A DNA stretch of 64,000 nt from Chrysomallon squamiferum. Its lineage: Eukaryota; Animalia; Mollusca. A program made the position numbers and the translations under genes. The stretch covers positions 806,001-870,000 of the forward strand of contig CM022676.1 of the NCBI GenBank assembly GCA_012295275.1, in the 5' to 3' direction. The first letter of the stretch is position 1. Each line of letters opens with the position of its first letter. Under the pieces are notes generated by a model. The model did no database searches and was not told the origin of the DNA. It was given only the letters and a program-made list of their open reading frames with translations. Positions 1 to 32,200 of this stretch are shown one piece after another.

Positions 1-8
1 TTTTCTAG

Positions 9-18113
<18,105 letters not shown>

Positions 18114-18806
18114 TCACTGGAACATTCTCAGTCTGTGACAGGATGAATTAGCAACACAACAAATGACTGAAGTAAACTTGCCAGTTTTGATAAAGATTTC
18201 ATTTACAAACAATGTTAATGTGGAGGAATAATAAGAAGAGAATTAGTCACATTCATGTATTGTAAGTTACATATGGACAGAAAATAGTGCTAATAAATTA
18301 GTTGTCTGTGACTGTAATGAACTTCATGTAAACAGAGATTTGAATGTCATTATTACTAACTTGTATAGGAACAGAGAGAGACAGAGAGACACAGACAGAC
18401 AGACACAATGGATTGGTTTAGACCAGTCCTTATTTTCACTTAATTCAGAGAGATACTAATATTCAGTTAGCCCATAAAGTTTGTTTATTTTTAAAAAATG
18501 TCTTCTTTTTTTTATTTGATCTCATTTTCAAATATTTGCCTCTTGGATAATATCCTAAATTCTGAAATACAGGAGAATTTGTAGGTTAACTGACTGTTGT
18601 ACTCAGTGTTGAGTACATTTCAGTCACAGCTCTGTAGTCAGACACCTACACTCTCCCAAAAAATCTGTTTGTGTGTCTCTGTGTCTTTATATAATCATAC
18701 TGAGTTGATTCTCTCTAATCCTTTGATGTTAGCATTAAATTATAAAGTTTTTAATAATATTTATTTATTTTTTAATTCTTTGTTTTACTCAGAATATTTA
18801 AACATG

Positions 18807-18816
18807 AATAAATAAA
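18807..18816 (+). promoter_or_regulatory. Candidate polyadenylation signal of the ABCC gene
   Basis: Overlapping AATAAATAAA about 700 nt after the stop, followed by T/GT-rich sequence. Weak evidence in AT-rich DNA. Confidence 0.35.
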
Positions 18817-19021
18817 AGAAGATTTTTACTAGGTTGCACTGTTTGTTATATAACATTCTACACTATGACTGCTGATTCACCAATTCTGATTCAACAACTG
18901 CAACTCTGTGAAGGACTGTAGAGACAATCAACATTTTTATGAAAACCATTAAAATGAAAAAAAGATATCACCTGTTCTATTTATTTAGATATTTTAGGTT
19001 GGGTTTTTCCATCTTTGATAT

Positions 19022-20133
19022 ATTCATCTGCTGTTTAAAGTAGCAGTGTTACATTCATCTGCTGTTTAAAGTAGCAGTGTTACATTCATCTCCTGTTTAA
19101 AGTAGCAGTGTTACATTCATCTGCTGTTTAAAATAGCACTGTTACATTCATCTCCTGTTTAAAGTAGCAGTGTTACATTCATCTCCTGTTTAAAGTAGCA
19201 GTGTTACATTCATCTGCTGTTTAAAGTAGCAGTGTTACATTCATCTGCTGTTTAAAGTAGCAGTGTTACATTCATCTGCTGTTTAAAGTAGCAGTGTTAC
19301 ATTCATCTGCTGTTTAAAGTAGTTTCATCTGCTGTTTAAAGTAGCAGTGTTACATTCATCTGCTGTTTAAAGTAGCACTGTTACATTCATCTGCTGTTTA
19401 AAGTAGCAGTGTTACATTCATCTGCTGTTTAAAGTAGCAGTGTTACATTCATCTGCTGTTTAAAGTAGCAGTGTTACATTCATCTGCTGTTTAAAATAGC
19501 ACTGTTACATTCATCTGCTGTTTAAAGTAAATTCATCTGCTGTTTTAGCAGTGTTACATTCATCTGCTGTTTAAAGTAGCAGTGTTACATTCATCTGCTG
19601 TTTAAAGTAGCAATGTTACATTCCTCTGCTGTTTAAAGTAGCAGTGTTACATTCATCTGCTGTTTAAAGTAGCAGTGTTACATTCATCTGCTGTTTAAAG
19701 TAGCAGTGTTACATTCCTCTGCTGTTTAAAGTAGCAGTGTTACATTCATCTGCTGTTTAAAGTAGCAGTGTTACATTCATCTGCTGTTTAAAGTAGCAGT
19801 GTTACATTCATCTGCTGTTTAAAGTAGCAGTGTTACATTCATCTCTGTTTAAAGTAGCTGCTCTGCTGTTTAAAGTAGCAGTGTTACATTCATCTGCTGT
19901 TTAAAGTAGCAGTGTTACATTCATCTGCTGTTTAAAGTAGCAATGTTACATTCCTCTGCTGTTTAAAGTAGCAGTGTTACATTCATCTGCTGTTTAAAGT
20001 AGCACTGTTACATTCATCTGCTGTTTAAAGTAGCAGTGTTACATTCATCTGCTGTTTAAAGTAGCAGTGTTACATTCATCTGCTGTTTAAAGTAGCAATG
20101 TTACATTCCTCTGCTGTTTAAAGTAGCAATGCT
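19022..20133 (+). repeat. 29-bp intergenic minisatellite, about 38 copies
   Basis: Near-identical units ACATTCATCTGCTGTTTAAAGTAGCAGTGTT with no spacers. Confidence 0.97.
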
Positions 20134-20479
20134 AACAGCCCTATATCTTTTATTTTCTTCTACGTTTTCCCCAACAGTGACGAATTCGCGACCTCAAAAT
20201 GTTACGCTGATTTACTAGATGATTTAAAGCAAAACGAGTTTATTAGGGAATTTCTTAGAATTTCCTATTTTCTTTCACATTCTGCCTGGTATTTTACAAA
20301 AATTATTTAACCCCTGTGTTTATTGTTAAATGTTGAGTAGATAATGCAAATTTGATAAAGATATCTCATGAAATAAGTTTTGGTATTTATGGTTGACTGT
20401 TTTTAAATGAAGGTTTTTGAAACATTTATAATCCGATATCATTTACAACTGTAGATATCTTCAAAAAGGGTTTCTTTTG

Positions 20480-20510
<31 letters not shown>

Positions 20511-21461
20511 TTTGAGATTGGTTTTATTTAACTGACATAGAATACATCTTGTTTGACAATAACTTTAAAAAAAAAATGTTATAGCACTTCTATTTAAAGT
20601 GATTATTACATTTCCAGAAATGAACAAACTGTAAATTTGTATGTCCTTTCGTTATATAAATAATAATAATTACGTCAAGATATGTTAGTTCAGTATAATA
20701 AAATAGTTCTGCAGCCAGTTTACTGCCATTTTACAATACTGATAAAACATGGGATTTATTCTGACATTAACAGATCTCAGTTCCTTTTGTCTGAAAACGA
20801 CGTAGATAATAACAACACCACCAACAACAACGACAATAATAATATATATGTCATTTTTTGTTTTGAGTAAATTTTAATTCCTTAATTATCTAATATTGTG
20901 TTTCTTCTTATTTTTTCAAATTTTATGTTGTTGTTTATTATTTTTTATTTTCCGAATACTGTTCAAATAATGTTTATCAACATAACATTCTACATTATTT
21001 TTCAGTTCAAAACAACACATTTATTACATTATTTTATTTAGAACTTTGAAAACCATGATTGTGTCGGGGAGTGTTTATGTATATATGTGTTTGTGCGTGT
21101 GCGTGTGTGCTATGTGCAAACAGTTTCGGGCAAGCCTGTATTCAAAGAACCACTTTGCCGTATAAAGTTTGGAAGGATATGAAAATACTGAACATCTTGA
21201 AAAGGTTACTGTTTAAATGTTTGGTGTCAACAGTGATTCATCATGTACGGAAATCCGATGACCTCACATGGCCTCTAGTATAGGTGTAAATTTAGAAAGA
21301 AAACTGACAAACAGAATTAAATGGTAGGACCTGTGTGTAGAATCGTGTCACTGGTCACACTTTTAAACAGCTGACATAGTAAGTGCAGTGACGATCGACT
21401 CTATCCCTTCTACCCCATACAGAAAAATGGAATAATCCTGTATCATGTGTGCACTTTTTTC

Positions 21462-21492
<31 letters not shown>

Positions 21493-24400
21493 GACTTAAA
21501 AGATAAAATATAAACGATGTCATACATTGATTCAAATGCATGGACAAATTGTTATCTAATTACGTCGTCAAAAAAGTATACTTTACAAAAATATTCATAA
21601 AAATAGAAAGATGTAAAAGAAGTTTACGTAAAATTAAATGATTACTTTGTTAAAAAAAAAAAAAAAATTTAAATTAGTCACATGAGTCAGAAATATTTTT
21701 GTTTTGTGTCTGCCCACCTCTTGAGCACCACTGAAGTTGACACATTTGATGATACCAGATCGTGGTGACATATTTATATACCATTCAAAATCATGTGCTC
21801 CCATAAAACATGTCTTCATAAGTATATGTATAAAAAATAATAATTTCATAAAAGTTATAACGTTTTCATTATCTGTTTAATATAGGTGTTATGTATTTTC
21901 AGTCTGTAATCAACTGATAAAACACACAACACAAATGAGAATCGTGTGTGTAGGGCATATTTCGGGTGGACAGAGAGAATAATAACATTACACAAATAAT
22001 TAATTTATTAATGAGAAACAATTCTAATGAGACTTGCTCAGTGGTCGGCGTTGACATCTTTTCATTTCTGTAACTGCCGACACTCAGCGTCCTTGACCTT
22101 CTCTACACCCCGTGGACCTCTCTAACTTTTCTAACTTCTCTCTTTTTTTTTTTTTTTTATTAACGTTTTTCTATTACAAAAGTGGAATACTGTAAGGAGA
22201 TAATTTAGCATAAACAGATGTATGTGTGTGTGTGTTTATACATGTCTGTGTGTACTTATACATACAGAGAAATACAGTAGTGAATATCGGTTCGTCATAG
22301 GGAATTAAGTAGGACATGTTTAGATATGATAATTAATTGTTGTCATTTGTTTGAACATAATGTTGTAATAACAGATAGCAAGGATGCGATTAAATCAGAT
22401 TATTTGTTAAATAACATTTGCTTCAAACATTACTTTGTTTAAACAACAGGAAAAACAACGTAAAATATGCTCATCTAAAATTTAACATAAAGAATTTAAT
22501 AAATAATATAAAAATGTAAACACTACCATTATTATCAATTCTTTTACTGCTAATTAACAAACAACAAGAAGAATAATTAACTTGTTCTTCTTTTCTGTTT
22601 TACGGTTGTGTTACAAATAAGTGTGAAGTGTTTTTGGCTGAGTTAACTCGTGTGTTGTGACTCAGATGTGACGTGTTATCTCTAACACTCATCAGCAGGA
22701 CACGATTAGCATAACATTAGTTCCTTCTTACCTTGTTTTTTAAATAAACAGACAATCTAATGATAATATTAACTAATAAATCCTCTTTTTTATGTATAAA
22801 AAAATAAAGAAAAAAAAAAAACGGTTACAATGACGACTAGAAAAAAAGAAATAAACACTGAATGATAATAATTATGTATTTTCTAATTAAAGAAATAATA
22901 TTTTTATTTTCTTTACAATGGTATCCTTTTTTCTTTCTTTTTTAATGTTTTTACACAATCATGTCACGGAGTAAATTTACAACATGAAACCAGTTCTGAA
23001 ATAAAAATTTCGGTTTAATAATTAAATTTAATTCAGAATTCATTCATAGCCGTCAGCACAGATAATTTATTTCTACTCCTGTCACCTGCCCATCAATCAC
23101 ACGTTAATTATCAGTGAGCTCTACTTCCGCAGTAGTAGTAGCAGCAGTAGTAAGAGTAGCAGTAACAGAAGCAACTTAGGATTCCTCACCAGTGAGTTTA
23201 TACTGTGAAAGGAAAGTGCAGCCTCAGGCTACATCTTGTTAACGCTCCTTCCCATTTCCTTTCAACCCAGTCACACATCTAAACAGTAATCACAATAGCT
23301 GGGTTAATAGAGTTTATTAATTAGCACACCTATTACTTTTTATCGTGAAAAAAAATGATATTTATAAAAACCTCTGCAAACATTATGTAAACAATTTTTA
23401 AATAAATACATGTATTATAAAACAAAATAATAATATTTTCATGATGAAGACAATAAAACAACAATATCCAAAAAAAAAAAAAAAAAAGAAAAAAAAAAAC
23501 AAAATCAAACAAAAATCAAACAATAGCCAATGTAACTTTCTATCTTATTATAGCGAGAGGTATGGAGGAGAATCTACCTTTCTTTACTTTAATAAAAATT
23601 ACGATAAATCAGTATTTAGTTGATGATTCATCTTGCTGACTTGTATTAAAGTGCGCGTATCCGTTACTGTCTGAACACAAAACATCAAGTTCAGCTGATA
23701 TCGTCTGCATACTGAAAACATCTCGACATCAGTTGTAAATTGCTGTTAGACAGACCGCGCACCACTCAACAATCATTCTCTTGTCGTGTAAAGACCACTG
23801 CAGAAATTCAAACAGGTGACAGTCTTTCGGTTTGACTCCGCCAAGTAATATAGTTCTGTATCGCTGTGTACAGACTGAGTTTATTGTTCAGCCTAAGAAA
23901 AGGAAACACATCTGATAACAAAGTGTTGTTTTTATACTTTTTATTCTCTATTTATGGGGATTTGAAAACACTGTTTAATTTTGTTATTAGCTTTGCGCAC
24001 CTTTAGATTACTGCGCGCAGGTATTTGGGTCAACCCAGGTGTTTGCTGTTTGAAACAACAAGAAACGTTTTGATCGTCTGTTCCGAATTTATAAGATCGA
24101 TGCATTTTGCCACAATGGCACGCTGGATTTATCTTTGCTTGTTAATATACTTCGGATTTCTGTCAACGGGTAAGTTGTGCAAGTTACTTGTTTTTAAATA
24201 CCACAGTAATGTACTTTGTGCAGTATAACCTACCTGTACAGGTACTGTTCTCGTTACCTGTTTACACATTACAGGTAAATGACTTAGTTCCGGAATGAAC
24301 TATAAAACTGTATTCACTGTATTGACACACTGACTCTAACGCACAGTGCAAATTTAAACATTTAATAATAATAATACAACATAAATAAATGGCAAAAATA

Positions 24401-25816
24401 ATTATATTAAAATTCAGTTGATGGGATTTATACTTAATTATTTTTATAAACTTTACGGGAAAAAAAAAAAATGATGTCTTATTATTTTTATTTAATTAAT
24501 TAATGTATTTATTATTTTTTTTACTGTATTAATAATTCTGTGTGCAAAAGGAAAGAATTGCAAGTAATCACAGTTATGTTATTTTTCTATAATTACTCTC
24601 ATCCGAACATGGACAACATTTTTAATTTTATCAGAATTATCATCATTTAGTTACAAATTTTATTTATATTTATTATTAATAATTTAATGACCATATCACA
24701 CAGAAATAAAGATTAAATATTTCAATAATGTAATGTAGAAAAAGAAATCTTTCTAATTTGAGTGTTTGACTGTATGTTTGACTGTATATTTGACTGTATG
24801 TTGGACTGTATGTTGGACTGCTGGTAGTTTCTGTTGAGTGTATTTTCTACAAGGCGGCTGAACTCAGTGGAAATCTCAAACTGTTTTATTTAATCACCTG
24901 AGCTGTTGACACACACATACAATACACATTTATTTAAAAGTTAGAATCACCATTATCATCATTAAACCCCCCACAAATAAACAATATCTCCATTTGTGTG
25001 TTCTGGATTCACCTTTTACAAGAACCATTTCAAATCAAACAATTTGCCTCTGATATAATAATAACAAAACAAAGAAACCTACAAAGAAAAACTTAATAGC
25101 TTTTTCATGGCTATATTAATTATTATAATAATTTCTATATTTGTTTGACAAAATCATTATTGAATAATTATGTATTTAATATTCATTAGATATCCAGTTT
25201 CTACATACAGGAAAAACATTGACATTATTGGTATTTTAATGGTAGTAACATCATTTTATTTTTATTTTCAAATATGCATGTACAGTTACAAGTACAAATC
25301 ATGTAAGTAATTATTTGTAGATGGGATGAGGAAACTGGCTGAACTGAGCCACAGTGTTTAGTTCAGAGCATGTCATAATTTTAATGCAAACATTATACAC
25401 ACAATATACAAACATGGTTTCTGCAGGACTGTGTTAATGTTTGGACTTGTGTTTGTCATTTTAAGGTGCACTTGAATACTGAAATGATTTTTAATGATTT
25501 ATTTTTTATTTAACATTTTAGTTTTTTAAATCTAAAACAGTTAAACTGATTTTATCAGGTAATATAATGAGATTTATGCAGTTCAAAGTAATTAATTATT
25601 TTTAAATAATTTAAAACTAAATTGTACATAGATCAGCGTTAAGGGTAAAATGTGTTATATTTATCAGATTAATGAAAGATACTTTTTTTTTATTAAAAAT
25701 AATTTTGTTATTTAAAAAAATAAAAAACAACAAAAAAACAAAAGAACAACAACATTTCTCTTTTATATGATATTCAGTAATTTAATTTATATTAATATTT
25801 ACTGCAAATACTGGTA

Positions 25817-26494
25817 CAGTATACCCTCACCTATTGAGGTTCCCCATTGCTGATCATACACATACTGGGTTAGGCTCTTAACCATATGCATGATGCTGGT
25901 ATACCAGGCTAGCGTCATAACGTCATAAAAACAAATTCTCGGTAAACCTCACAAACAATATCAATTTTTTTCAATTATTATTGCAATACAGTACGTATTT
26001 TTTTTATAAATGCATACACTGTATATACAGTGCATATTTTTTGTGAGGTATTAATAATGTTTTTAATTGCATATTATTACCTGAACTGAGGTACTGTATT
26101 TATCTGTCTGTTTTGCCTTTAAATTTGTTCCACTTTCTGTCAATTCTAATACATATGCTGATAGAAAATGACTTTACGGTGCAGTAATACAGTATGGGTA
26201 ACTATGCTATGCGGTGTTACTGTCCTCATGTACTTACGTTTCTTTCTGATTAAAATATTGTTTCAGTACAAAATTAAAATGTGTTTACATTATCATTACT
26301 ACATTAGTGAAATACATAACTGCATTATTACTGTATTAATGAGTATGAGTGTCTTTAGAAAATGTTTGGGAAGCATTTAGTACCGTATATAATCTCATAA
26401 TAGACGTTTTAAAACTGCATCCAATATTCACGGTTTTCTCATTATTCGCAGGGGGGTAAAGAACGTAACCCCTGCGAATAGCGAGGGAATACTG
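25817..26494. mobile_element. Non-autonomous Tc1/mariner/pogo-type element (MITE) in intron 1 of the Ig gene
   Basis: TA|CAGTATACCCTCACCTATT at the left end and AATAGCGAGGGAATACTG|TA at the right: imperfect TIRs with TA target duplication. Subterminal hairpin ATTCGCAGGGG...CCCCTGCGAAT at about 26444-26479. Confidence 0.75.
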
Positions 26495-29242
26495 TATTTG
26501 TAAAACAAATATTAAAATATTAGTATTAGGTTCACATTTCTGTTTTGAATAAAACAACTTGATCTTGGGTGTACATTTAGTTAAGAAATCCCATGTTTAA
26601 AAGCCTCAACAAATTACTTAATTTATACTGAGGTTATCATGCTGATTATACACATACTGAGGTTACAATACTAGTTTTATACATATTGAGGATACATTTC
26701 TATTTACAGGTATGGGTTCACAGTTGGATATCAGCCCAGGTACTGTTTATGAACGAGATCCTGTGACAGTCAGATGTAGTCTTGGTAATATCATCAGTCA
26801 GATTAAGAAACTTTTTGCTGTAGTAGTGAACAGAAGACTTCACAACAATCCTGGTAATCTTGCTGTAATAGCTTCTGCTGTCATTCTAAAGGATGGAGGT
26901 GCTGCTATTTAAAAAGATAAAAACAACTTTGGATCTAGAGCGACAGTGACAGGAAAGTCTGATGACAATGACAGATCAGGATCTTTTGTCCAGATTCATG
27001 TGACAGGAATGACTTGCAGTGATTCAGGAGAATATTTCTGTGAAATTAGTTATGCTGCACTTGATGGTAACATAAAGAATTCTAAAAGTTCTGAAAACAT
27101 TACAATTCTAAGTAAGTGAAAACATAGTTTTATATTATAAGAGTTGTTAATGTGCTTGAAATATTTCATTTCTTGGCTAATAATTTACCAACATTTAAAC
27201 AAAATATATATGAATCTAAATATATATATATATCATTATATGTGAGAAAAAATAAAAAATAAAACAACATTTCTATTCTTAAATGCAGTACTTATCTATT
27301 TTGTGTATTTATCTGTTTCAGCAAAGCCAGGTAACATTGAATGATCATTACACCAAGAAAGGAGTTCAACCCCTATGTTGTCAATGAAACTGTAGTGTTC
27401 AGGTGTAATGGAAATGTTGGTAACCCAGCACAGTCGTGGTCGTGGCAGTGGACGCACGCTGACATGAACTGGATGCCGTACCCATACACAGACAGAATCA
27501 AAGATGACCCACCTAGACTATCTGGGTGTCAGAACAGAGGAAGTTCTGTTTTAACACACACTGTATCTCTCAGTGACAACACACCAATGTTCAAATGCAT
27601 TGTGGGTAACAATGATCTGTATTCTGCAAACTTTACCATCAACACTCAAAGTGAGTCATGCTTTTATTTATAATAATTATACTTTGTGATAGTTTTACAT
27701 TAAAAACATATCATGTATAAGTTAATCCTATCTAACCTGAATCTTGTGTTATTCACGATTTATTTCCTCTGCTAATTATAACATTTTATACAACAGCCTC
27801 TGGAAATAACCAATTTGACATAAAAAAAAATCAGTTACTTTTGGTTATCAGCTATTTCACCACTCATAATCATTAACATTTCTTGTTTCCAGTTGTATCC
27901 ATTTTATGTTATTATTAAAAATATTAACATGTTTCTTTTGAAGTTACAATGAGTCATACATACTAAAATCATGGACATAAATAAAATAAATTTGAAAAGA
28001 TTAAACTAATATTAATGAAGTATACTGAATACATTGTAATTGCTGACATAATATTTTATTGAAAATCTCTCATCCAAATGTTTGCAGTAATCAGTTGTTA
28101 TAAAGATGTAATTGTGGATTACTAATTGTGAAAGGAATGTTAAACTATGTTATTTATTTTATGTGTCACAGAAAATTAATTATAAAATTATAAAATGATT
28201 TGTCTCAAGGATTTTCTGAAAACTAACAGTGTTAGTTTCTTAATCTGAATTTTTCTCACCTGGACTCAATAAATTTTCATTAAAAACCTGAATTACTATT
28301 ATGCATGTTATGAAATATTTATAACACAATACATAACAAAATTAACGTTATTTTATTGTTTTATTTGCAGATCCTGTTACAAACAAAACTGCTGCATCTG
28401 AAACATCAGGTCTGTATGTTAACTGAATTTTGATTTTTCTGATAATCTCTGTTACGTTATATCACTTTTAAAGCAACTGAAAATTCTGGGGAGGATAAAA
28501 ACACTGTTGTCTAAGCTTTTACTTCTTTTCATTTGCAGCCAAAATATTAACTATTTATAACTTGGTTATTTTATTATTTTCTTTTCATGAATATTTCAAA
28601 ACATCAGAATGATAACAATTCTACTAATAACTGTTTGTGTTTTGAAGCCGGTTCAGCTGACGTTGGTGTCATAGTGGGAGCAGTGCTGGGCGCCCTGGCT
28701 TTCCTTGCAATTGTCATTGTCCTCATCTACTTCCTGTGGTATCGCCGACGTAACGTTGGGGAAGACTGTAAGTGCTCCACATTTAAATAATTAATTACGT
28801 CATTCCACAGATGTTCTTTGGCAGTAATAAAGTATCACAATAAAATATTATTTGTAGAAATTTAATGAATAAAAGTATCTGACAATGTGTCTATGATATG
28901 GATGACTATTTTTAATCACAATAATAAGGACAAATTCAAAACCATTGGTCATAAACCTATTTAGTCATATAAATAAAACAACAACATGAAAAAACTACAA
29001 TATACTCAGATCAAAAACTAAAATGATATATAGCTGTTTAAAACATTATTAAGTCATCTCTTTGATTTATATATTTTTCTCTTTTTTGTTTTTGCAGACA
29101 AAACAGACGAGGATAAGCAGTAAGTATGAAAGTCTGTCAGTCTGTTGAGAATCTTGTTATGACCTGCCACATAAAAAACATTTACAGCTCAATGAATTCT
29201 CATATTTAAAAACTGTTTTTAAACATCTTCATTTCTGTGTGT

Positions 29243-32200
29243 TACTATGCATAGTTTTATATGAGAAATGTGTGACTATGTATAGTTTTATATGAGAAGT
29301 ATGTCACTATATATAGTTTTATGAGAAGTATGTCACTATGTATAGTTTTATATGAGAAGTATGTGACTATGTATAGTTTTATGAGAAGTATGTGACTGTA
29401 TAGTTTTATATGAGAAGTATGTGACTATGTATAGTTTTATATGAGAAGTATGTCACTATATATAGTTTTGAGAAGTATGTCACTATGTATAGTTTTATAT
29501 GAGAAATATGTCACTATGTATAGTTTTATATGAGAAGTATGTCACTATGTATAGTTTTATGAGAACTATGTGACTGTATATAGTTTTATGTGGAGTGTGT
29601 GACTATGTATAGTTTTGTATGATAAGTTGAAGTGTGTGACTGTGTGAGAGTTGAAGTGTGTGACTATGTGAGAATTGAAGTGTGTGACTAAGAGTTGAAG
29701 TGTGTGACTGTGAGAGTTGAAGTGTGTGACTGTGAGAGTTGAAGTGTGTGTGTAAGAGTTGAAGTGTGTGACTGTAAGAGTTGAAGTGTGTGACTGTGTA
29801 AGAGTTGAAGTGTGTGACTGTGTAAGAGTTGAAGTGTGTGTGTAAGAGTTGAAGTGTGTGACTGTAAGAGTTGAAGTGTGTGAAGAGTTGAAGTGTGTGA
29901 CTGTGTAAGAGTTGAAGTGTGTGACTGTGTAAGAGTTGAAGTGTGTGACTATGTAAGAGTTGAAGTGTGTGTGTAAGAGTTGAAGTGTGTGACTGTAAGA
30001 GTTGAAGTGTGTGTGTAAGAGTTGAAGTGTGTGACTGTAAGAGTTGAAGTGTGTGACTGTAAGAGTTGAAGAGTTGTGTGTGTGACTGTAAGAGTTGTGT
30101 GAAGTGTGTGAAGTTGAAGTGTGTGACTGTAAAGAGAGTTGAAGTTGAAGTGTGTGTGAGAGTTGAAGTGTGTGACTGTAAGAGTTGAAGTGTGTGACTG
30201 TAAGAGTTGAAGTGTGTGACTGAGAGTTGAAGTGTGTGTGTGTGTGACTGTGTAAGAGTTGAAGTGTGTGACTGTAAGAGTTGAAGTGTGTGACTGTGAC
30301 TGTAAGAAGTGTGTGACTGTGTAAGAGTTGAAGTGTGTGACTAAGTTAAGAGTTGAAGTGTGTGACTGTAAGAGTTGAAGTGTGTGACTGTAAGAGTTGA
30401 AGTGTGTGACTGTAAGAGTTGAAGTGTGTGACTGTAAGAGTTGAAGTGTGTGACTGTGTGTAAGAGTTGAAGTGTGTGACTGTAAGAGTTGAAGTGTGTG
30501 ACTGTAAGAGTTGAAGTGTGTGACTGTAAGAGAAGTGTGTGAAGTGTGTGTGTGTGAAGTTGAAGTGTGAAGTTGAAGTGTGTGACTGTGTAAGAGTTGA
30601 AGTGTGTGACTGTAAGAGTTGAAGTGTGTGTGAGTGTGTAAGAGTTGAAGTGTGTGACTGTAAGAGTTGAAAGTGTGACTGTAAGAGTTGAAGTGTGTGA
30701 GTGTGTGACTGTGTAAGAGTTGAAGTGTGTGACTGTAGTGTGTGAGTAAGAGTTAAGTGTGTGTGTGACTGTAAGTGTTGAGTGTGTGACTGTAAGAGTT
30801 GAAGTGTGTGACTGTGTTGAAGTTTGTGTGACTGTAAGAGTTGAAGTGTGTGACTGTAAGAGTTGAAGTGTGACTGTAAGAGTTGAAGTGTGACTGTGTA
30901 AGAGTTGAAGTGTGTGACTGTAAGAGTTGAAGTGTGACTGTAAGAGTTGAAGTGTGACTGTGTTGAGTGTGTGACTGTAAGAGTTGAAGTGTTGAAGTGT
31001 GTGAGTGTGTGACTGTAAGAGTTGAAGTGTGTGACTGTAAGAGTTGAAGTGTGTGACTGTAAGAGTTGAAGTGTGTGACTGTAAGAGTTGAAGTGTGTTG
31101 AAGTGTGTGACTGTGAGTTTGAAGTGTGTGAGTTGAAGTGTGACTGTAAGAGTTGAAGTGTGTGACTGTAAGAGTTGAAGTTGAAGTTGTGTGACTGTGT
31201 AAGAGTTGAAGTGTGTGTGTAAGAGTTGAAGTGTGTGTAAGAAGTTGAAAGTGTGACTGTAAGAGTTGAAGTGTGACTGTAAGAGTTGAAGTGTGTGACT
31301 GTAAGAGTTGAAGTGTGTGTGTGTAAGAGAGTTGTGTGTGTGTGTGTGTAAGAGCAGGAAGTGTGACTGAAGTGTGTAAGTTTGAAGTGTGTGTGTGTGT
31401 TAAGAGTTGAAGTGTGTGTGTGTGAAGTGTGTAAGAGTTGAAGTTGTTGAGTGTGTGAGTTGTGTTGACTGTGTAAGAGTTGAAGTGTGTGACTGTAAGA
31501 GTTGAAGTGTGTGACTGTAAGAGTTGAAGTGTGACTGTGAGTGTGTGACTGTGTAAGAGTTGAAGTGTGTGACTGTGTAAGAGTTGAAGTGTGACTGTAA
31601 GAGTTGAAGTGTGTGACTGTGTAAGAGTTGAAGTGTGACTGTGTAAGAGTTGAAGTGTGACTGTGTAAGAGTTGAAGTGTGACTGTGTAAGAGTTGAAGT
31701 GTGACTGTGTAAGAGTTGAAGTGTGACTGTAAGAGTTGAAGTGTGTGACTGTGTAAGAGTTGAAGTGTGTGTGTGTGACTGTAAGAGTAAGAAGTTGACT
31801 GTGAAGAGTTGAAGTGTGACTGTAAGAGTTGAAGTGTGTGACTGAGAGTTGAAGTGTGACTGTGTAAGAGTTGAAGTGTGTGACTGTAAGAGTTGAAGTG
31901 TGACTGTGTAAGAGTTGAAGTGTGACTGTGTAAGAGTTGAAGTGTGTGACTGTAAAGTTGAAGTGTGACTGTGTAAGAGTTGAAAGTGTGACTGTGTAAG
32001 AGTTGAAGTGTGTGACTGTAAGAGTTGAAGTGTGTGACTGTGTAAGAGTTGAAGTGTGACTGTGTAAGAGTTGAAGTGAGTTGAAGTGTGTGTAAGAGTT
32101 GAAGTGTGACTGTAAGAGTTGAAGTGTGACTGTGTAAGAGTTGAAGTGTGTGACTGTAAGAGTTGAAGTGTGTGACTGAAGAGTTGAAGTGTGACTGTGT

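Noticed and set aside
19022-20133. CRISPR-like array (29-bp partly palindromic repeat)
   Set aside because: Units are head-to-tail with no unique spacers, there are no cas genes, and the context is eukaryotic.
22921-22930. U12-type donor-like GTATCCTTT
   Set aside because: Lies outside any traced exon and has no associated coding sequence.
26910-26912. Rescue of the TAA by A-to-I editing or stop readthrough
   Set aside because: UAA would need two edits to become Trp, and a separate frameshift in the next exon would remain.
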